From NCBI RefSeq assembly GCF_000143415.4, contig NW_003314296.1:1401858-1465857 (forward strand): a stretch of DNA of 64,000 bases, written 5' to 3'. Below, piece by piece: positions 61,242 to 64,000 of this stretch. Source of the DNA: Selaginella moellendorffii. Its lineage: Eukaryota; Plantae; Lycopodiophyta. Below the pieces are notes generated by a model. That model worked only from the letters and a program-made list of their open reading frames with translations. It ran no database searches and had not been told where the DNA came from. The number at the start of each line of letters is the position of its first letter. Position 1 is the first letter of the stretch. The translations under genes and the position numbers were made by a program.

Positions 61242-63359
61242 TCATATTTAGTACCAAGAGTTAATCTTTGGAACTAACTTGAGACTTATTAAATATGGAA
61301 TTACACTAGAATGTAAATTTGGCCATAGGACTAATACCATTATGTTCAAAATAATCTCTACATTCTGATGATATGCCAAATTAGCAAATCTAGACACTTT
61401 TTATAAATAGCAATTGGGACTGAACGAAACTAACATAAGCTGTATGATAGCGAAAGCATTTAACAAACATAGTAAGGTATCATTTGGCGAATATTGAAGG
61501 ACTAAACTCAATATCGTAGAGGTTCCCAATAGTAGCAAGTGTAAGTCAATGAATGAGTTTTTTTAACCAAGTCAAATATGATTAATAACACTTTAGAATT
61601 CTATTCTTATACTCATTTAATCAAGTGCATATGTGAAGACTAATTTCTTAACTAGTTTAGGCAGAAACTGAAAAAAGGACTAACAATACCAACCTTCTAC
61701 CGTTGTGGTAGTAAGGAAAGAATATCCAAAAGAATTAATTAACTAGTAACTTTCGATACTTATAGTCACATTCATGATAATTAAACTCATTCTATTTATC
61801 CTCTATATCCTTTTTCTCTCCTCTTCAAAAGAGAAAAAAATTTGAAGCACTAGTTTTATTGTGACTTATTATACTCATCTTTACTCTATTATTTATGTTC
61901 AGCCTCATTCCACTATCACATCCATTGAGGTTAGATTTATCATATTCATCCTCACTCCACAATTCATATTGTTATTCCTTACTCAACTATCATATTCAAT
62001 TGTCCTCATTTTATTGTTAAAGCCTCCTCTCTACCCCATCCTCCAAAGGAAAAAAAGTTTGAAGTTTTAGGACGAAAACAGAAAAAAAAATAATAATTGA
62101 GGAAGAATAATTGTGGAAGAAGAAAAAGTAGATAAAGAATTATTAGAAAAAGAATTTTTAACAGTTATCAATGCAAAAAAAGGAAAATAAAAATAAAGAC
62201 ATATGCTCAAAGCTTGGAAAACATGGGATTTCTTGTTATAAAATATATTAACCACCACAATACAAACAAGAAATTCACACTACTCAACTTCTTCAACACA
62301 CAACTTAACACTTAAGACAAAAAAACAATATATAAACTCATCAACAAATGGTAAAGTAAAAGCTATTGCTGACATCCACAATTTGGGATATCCACTCAAC
62401 CCAAAACTCTAGCAAAAGTGATTGAACTTTTGGAATAAGGGAACATTTAATATCAAAATTGATCAATGACTCTGTCAATAAAATAAAAGTAAAAGTTTCA
62501 ATTTCATACATATGCTCAACATTTATATTAATATAAGGAGGATAGAAAACACTCAACTCTAACATTATATTGAGAAGGAGACTCATAAGAGTCATAAATG
62601 ATCAATGTGCAAAGAAAATAAAACATTGCAGATGACAAAGAAACATTAAGAATATGAAAAGGTGAAAGATAAAAAAACATGGGAAACATTCTTCAAAAAT
62701 TAGACTCTATCATTTATAATTCTTTAATCGATATTATAAACATACTCCATATCAACAAAGATAGCAAAACATTAAAAATAGAAAAAACCATGTAATCATA
62801 TCTTATAAAATCTAAAAGATAACAATACATTAAAGATGAGCACAACATCAATATAGAATTGCAAAAGGTTGTGGACAGAATTTAGAAGGTAAGCTTATTG
62901 TTTATGAGTGTATTATTTCTAAATATTAAAGTTCTAGGTAAATATGTTTCCTAGAAGAATTTTATGGTGAATCAACAATGCTACATTGCAACACCAAAAT
63001 GAACAATTTAGCATTACATTAAGGGCATGTTTATCACATAAAATTAATGGTATACTCAATGCAATGATGCAACAAAATGCCCATTTTGGGCATTTGCAGA
63101 GATTGGTAAGATTTCTATGACAACTCAACAATTGTACATGACAAGAACACCAACAATGAAGAGATTTAGCATTCCAAAAAGGACATGTTTCTTGTATTGC
63201 ATTCATCCTCCTCAGAAAATTCATGCATTAGATTCTTACCCATTCTGAATTAATCCCTGACTGGGCCGCACCTATTTCTTCCTGCTGCTCTTGCCAGCAG
63301 CCTTGGCCTCTGCGTTGGTATCCTACTTGTCCACCTTCACAAATGCTTTGGTTGAGTGA

Positions 63360-63460
63360 GTGCCAAAACTCCACTGCTCCATCGTCCCAAGGCTTCACTT
63401 CATAGATGAGACTCTGGCAAGGGGAGTGCTTCTTCTTCTTCATCTCCCAATTCCAAGCCC
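63360..63460 (-). pseudogene. Possible eEF1B (EF1-beta/delta) fragment
   Basis: GDEEEEA followed, after a frame change, by SLIYEVKPWDD (cf. KSS.LLDVKPWDD); short match only. Confidence 0.3.
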
Positions 63461-63612
63461 CATCCCTTGCCAAGAAAGCATATTCGTTCTAGCCACGGCA
63501 TATTCTGTCTGCCTCCTAGAGTCAGAGACTGTTCCGTTTGTTTGTCCAAGAATATGCTTAATTTGAAAATAAATATTCCTGAATATTTTATCTCCAAGGG
63601 TCAAGGTAAGCT

Positions 63613-64000
63613 ATGGCGATGGCGGCAGTGGCAGCGTCTCTCCGCGCAAATCTCCGCTGCAAGAGGCCATGGCAGGAGGCGAGCGGCGCGCTGGGCGACC
63701 TGGGCACATTCGTCCCGATCGTCGTGGCGCTAACCCTAGTGAGGGGCCTGGATCTCGGTACGTCGCTCATCGCCACCGGCCTCTACAACGTCGTCACCGG
63801 CGCGGTGTTTGGCGTGCCAATGCCCGTCCAGCCGATGAAATCCATCGCCGCGGTGGCCATCACGGAGGGCGATCGGTCGCTCAGCATTCCCCAGGTCATG
63901 GCCGCGGGGCTGTGCGTTTCCGGAATCGCTTTCTTCCTCGGGATCACTGGGCTCATTCGAGTCGTGGCGTGGATCGTGCCCCTGCCGGTGGTGCGAGGGA
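63613..64000 (+). CDS. MOT1-family molybdate transporter, 5' part (runs off the window end)
   Basis: EASGALGDLGTFVPIV..GLYNVVTGAVFGVPMPVQPMKSIAAVAI..IVPLPVVRG family signatures. Confidence 0.93.
   Translation, partial: MAMAAVAASLRANLRCKRPWQEASGALGDLGTFVPIVVALTLVRGLDLGTSLIATGLYNVVTGAVFGVPMPVQPMKSIAAVAITEGDRSLSIPQVMAAGLCVSGIAFFLGITGLIRVVAWIVPLPVVRG

Noticed and set aside
63613-64000. A metal-homeostasis cluster linking MOT1 with the mini-HMA array
   Set aside because: They are more than 50 kb apart with unrelated genes between; no evidence of functional linkage

Overview
Eukaryotic plant nuclear DNA with compact genes and very short (~45-70 nt) GT-AG introns, PLS-type PPR genes and AT-rich retroelement blocks; by inference this looks like the lycophyte Selaginella. 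There are three assembly gaps (5697-5796, 17137-18050, 59596-59695). Genes in order: RPL39 (partial, -), WNK kinase (-), Haspin kinase (-), three tandem 4-exon genes derived from a Zn/Cd P1B-ATPase (HMA2/4-like) that keep only the membrane core (+; two intact, one frameshifted), a nested Ty3/gypsy block, ZF-HD transcription factor (-), an AT-rich ORF with a C-terminal bulb-type lectin domain (-), PPR (+), alpha-1,4-glycosyltransferase (+), auxilin-like J protein (-), phospholipase D zeta (-), importin-7/SAD2-like (-), mitochondrial-type bL27 (+), PPR (+), and MOT1-family molybdate transporter (partial, +). The main leads are: (1) the ATPase-less 'mini-HMA' family, (2) a 5S-rRNA-carrying Cassandra-like TRIM family, (3) a PPR ORF whose own start is blocked (ATG-TGA) but which could borrow the bL27 targeting exon by in-frame splicing, and (4) the AT-rich lectin fusion ORF. 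All exon structures were derived by hand and no database searches were run.
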